DNA of 18,300 nucleotides from an uncultured archaeon (GTDB lineage: Archaea; Asgardarchaeota; Thorarchaeia; Thorarchaeales; Thorarchaeaceae). Below, piece by piece: positions 17,601 through 18,300 of the stretch (position 1 is the first letter of the stretch; every line of letters starts with the position of its first letter). The notes under the pieces were generated by a model, which had not been told where the DNA came from, did no database searches, and was given only the letters and a program-made list of their open reading frames with translations. The DNA is taken from NCBI GenBank assembly GCA_964590575.1, contig CAZPWM010000063.1:1-18300 (forward strand), given 5' to 3'. Position numbers and translations under genes: made by a program.

Positions 17601-18300
17601 TATTACGCGATGACATTCGAGGTCCTGCAATGCAACGGCATGCTCGTGAAGATGAACCAGACTGTGCCCGGAATATCAATAATTGGCGAGATTGTAGCAA
17701 CCAATATGCTTCCACCAATCAATCGTGCTCCCATTGTCAATAGTCCGGATGACATGAGCATCGCAGAAGACGATACCGGTTTCAGTATCACTTGGGTGGC
17801 TTCAGGCAACTATCCAACGAGCTATAGCATATACATCGATGGCATTGAATCTGAGAGTAGCTCTTGGGTTCCTGGAGTCCCCGTGATATATACCATAATT
17901 ACACTAGGAGTAGGAAGCCACAATTACAGTATTATCTTCTATGACCACAACGGAATGTGGACGATGGATACAGTATGGGTGGCTGTCGAGGATACGATAG
18001 CACCAACGTTAAACTCACCTAGCGACATAGCGTTTAATGTTGGCACTACAGGACATTCCATTACTTGGACGCCGTTTGATAATTACCCATCAAGCTATGT
18101 CCTCCGTCGTAACGGAGTGGTTGTCCAGTCGGGAGATTGGGACGGGGCTAATATAGTCGTCAGCTTAGATGGCTTAGGCGTTGGTACGTACAATTTCACT
18201 GTTACAGTATACGATGTTGCTGGACACAACACGAGTGACACAGTCATAGTCACTGTGAACGAAGTGACGACGACCACTACAACAACTACGACAACCACAA
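14655..18300 (+). CDS. Large secreted/cell-surface mosaic glycoprotein, partial (>1215 aa): NIDO-like, Ig-like, GATase1/GIFT-like, CARDB, Ig-like repeats, poly-Thr linker
   Basis: Hand translation from GTG 14655 (MVPIKKKFSLFIISFSLIFMLG..., a signal peptide) has no stop to the window end. Motifs: DLPFIFPFYGESFSTVYVSRNGWMSF; YDAVFVG..SEDVDTLNSYLAGGGKFILF..HPLMTGV; DL..GQTVNLTAYVLNQG..FSVELWVDG..LDPG..NN. More than 20 N-glycosylation sequons. Confidence 0.88.
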   Translation, partial: MVPIKKKFSLFIISFSLIFMLGNFMCTLPTVRMNLGEPPQILPDQQTIPVDNNGMSDPLSKQTDEAQKQGKQFKECEIDPTVGSFAYIQTEISFNWIDATSGTWNDLSEDEYIAIDLPFIFPFYGESFSTVYVSRNGWMSFYNTEPSSPWVWMGSSDEGSWYAVAPYATPISFLDGTPGVYNLSLTSPNCVVIEYNNVYYQSYDLVGTFQTILYENGTIDFNYDLVENIYDMTYSTGLNHGAISDNYVDHTFGSFPIDDVTLRFTPPEKWIFITSPDLTDSSNYPLTWIGHSDVAIDMYHIFVDSTFYDNTTLDHLDLTGLASGMRYIEVYMETDSFNYTIGMTLVVDLDAPIISIDFPLNGGTNREAKVNWTAYDMSSWIAYVEVYVNGSLYRTINYFEMYLVVPNLHHYNISVFAYDAVGHSASDTVTFFYNRSVTAVGFVTTHYEQLPYEVVNLYTDLGWVADEVSDSLTYEGDLSVYNRLSTYDAVFVGAWGNTWSSEDVDTLNSYLAGGGKFILFDAGGIPEGLAAVMSGLGIGIEDIMFSAQNYTTDFVTEHPLMTGVTQLYYDWLYSGLTTTFPAAELIHTRDGDYVIGAVVDLGLEKVLCLSQCFSWGITQANNSILFENIITNWVGVEDHDLRAGLGVPGALGTGQTVNLTAYVLNQGNNTESGFSVELWVDGVLEDSLVVASLDPGDWTSFEVSYAVTTTGPINITVYVEPVVGETVTYNNVETKILDVYNLIITEPAPDQLVRGGLVYINFTASVMQNLVNITVFVNAVEVYKLTTVGLDAFANGVFVPVFTNGTNMISLVGEWANGASATATVSVESYGVVPIVDPSPGDFANFLVDAPGYLVEMINFTILEWLSPFEVNSTFYVNVTQAGFPSQAFETWVVFNVLNGYIPETGPDLPPGMFLPHMQFLFFTGLSAPEPAPVSTSIDLGCAPAASIGDIMCFMQWNSMMPVIRSGSWNGYATHVVGADMGYYAMTFEVLQCNGMLVKMNQTVPGISIIGEIVATNMLPPINRAPIVNSPDDMSIAEDDTGFSITWVASGNYPTSYSIYIDGIESESSSWVPGVPVIYTIITLGVGSHNYSIIFYDHNGMWTMDTVWVAVEDTIAPTLNSPSDIAFNVGTTGHSITWTPFDNYPSSYVLRRNGVVVQSGDWDGANIVVSLDGLGVGTYNFTVTVYDVAGHNTSDTVIVTVNEVTTTTTTTTTTT
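17727..18260 (+). repeat. Two tandem ~91-aa Ig-like protein repeats
   Basis: APIVNSPDDMSIAEDDTGFSITW..NYPTSYSIYIDG..W..LGVGSHNYSIIFYD..G..DTVWVAV (from 17727) versus APTLNSPSDIAFNVGTTGHSITW..NYPSSYVLRRNG..W..LGVGTYNFTVTVYD..G..DTVIVTV (from 18000). Period 273 nt. Confidence 0.85.
18267..18300 (+). repeat. ACN-codon run encoding a poly-threonine linker
   Basis: ACG ACG ACC ACT ACA ACA ACT ACG ACA ACC ACA: at least 11 Thr with mixed codons, typical of the stalk before a C-terminal membrane anchor. Confidence 0.85.

Noticed and set aside
18095-18298. Poly-valine ORF on the minus strand
   Set aside because: It is the reverse complement of the poly-Thr/Ig-repeat coding region.
1-18300. CRISPR array, tRNA/rRNA, IS element or prophage
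   Set aside because: No regularly spaced repeats, cloverleaf, transposase, integrase or viral genes were recognised; intergenic gaps are all under about 260 nt.

Overview
Archaeal DNA, most likely Asgard (Thorarchaeia-like). This assignment is inferred from GGAGGTG Shine-Dalgarno motifs, TATA-like boxes and C-terminal Ig-like repeats followed by a poly-Thr linker. The left end has two minus-strand genes: a partial TPR-like protein and a small 2-TM protein resembling eukaryotic DPM2. The core (853-11952, +) is a redox cluster: hdrC1-hdrB1-hdrA(short)-hdrA/ferredoxin/MvhD fusion-ferredoxin/MvhD fusion-hdrA(canonical)-hdrC2-hdrB2, all translationally coupled, then etfB and a ferredoxin-fused etfA with bifurcating-type motifs. 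The window holds no hydrogenase, formate dehydrogenase or acyl-CoA dehydrogenase gene. The best candidate for an undescribed system is therefore an Etf-fed, multi-HdrA, two-HdrBC electron-bifurcating complex. Downstream are a multi-TM protein with a large extracellular domain coupled to a membrane-anchored winged-helix regulator. Last is a >1200-aa mosaic cell-surface protein (14655 to window end) that the ORF track missed; I translated it by hand and found no in-frame stop.
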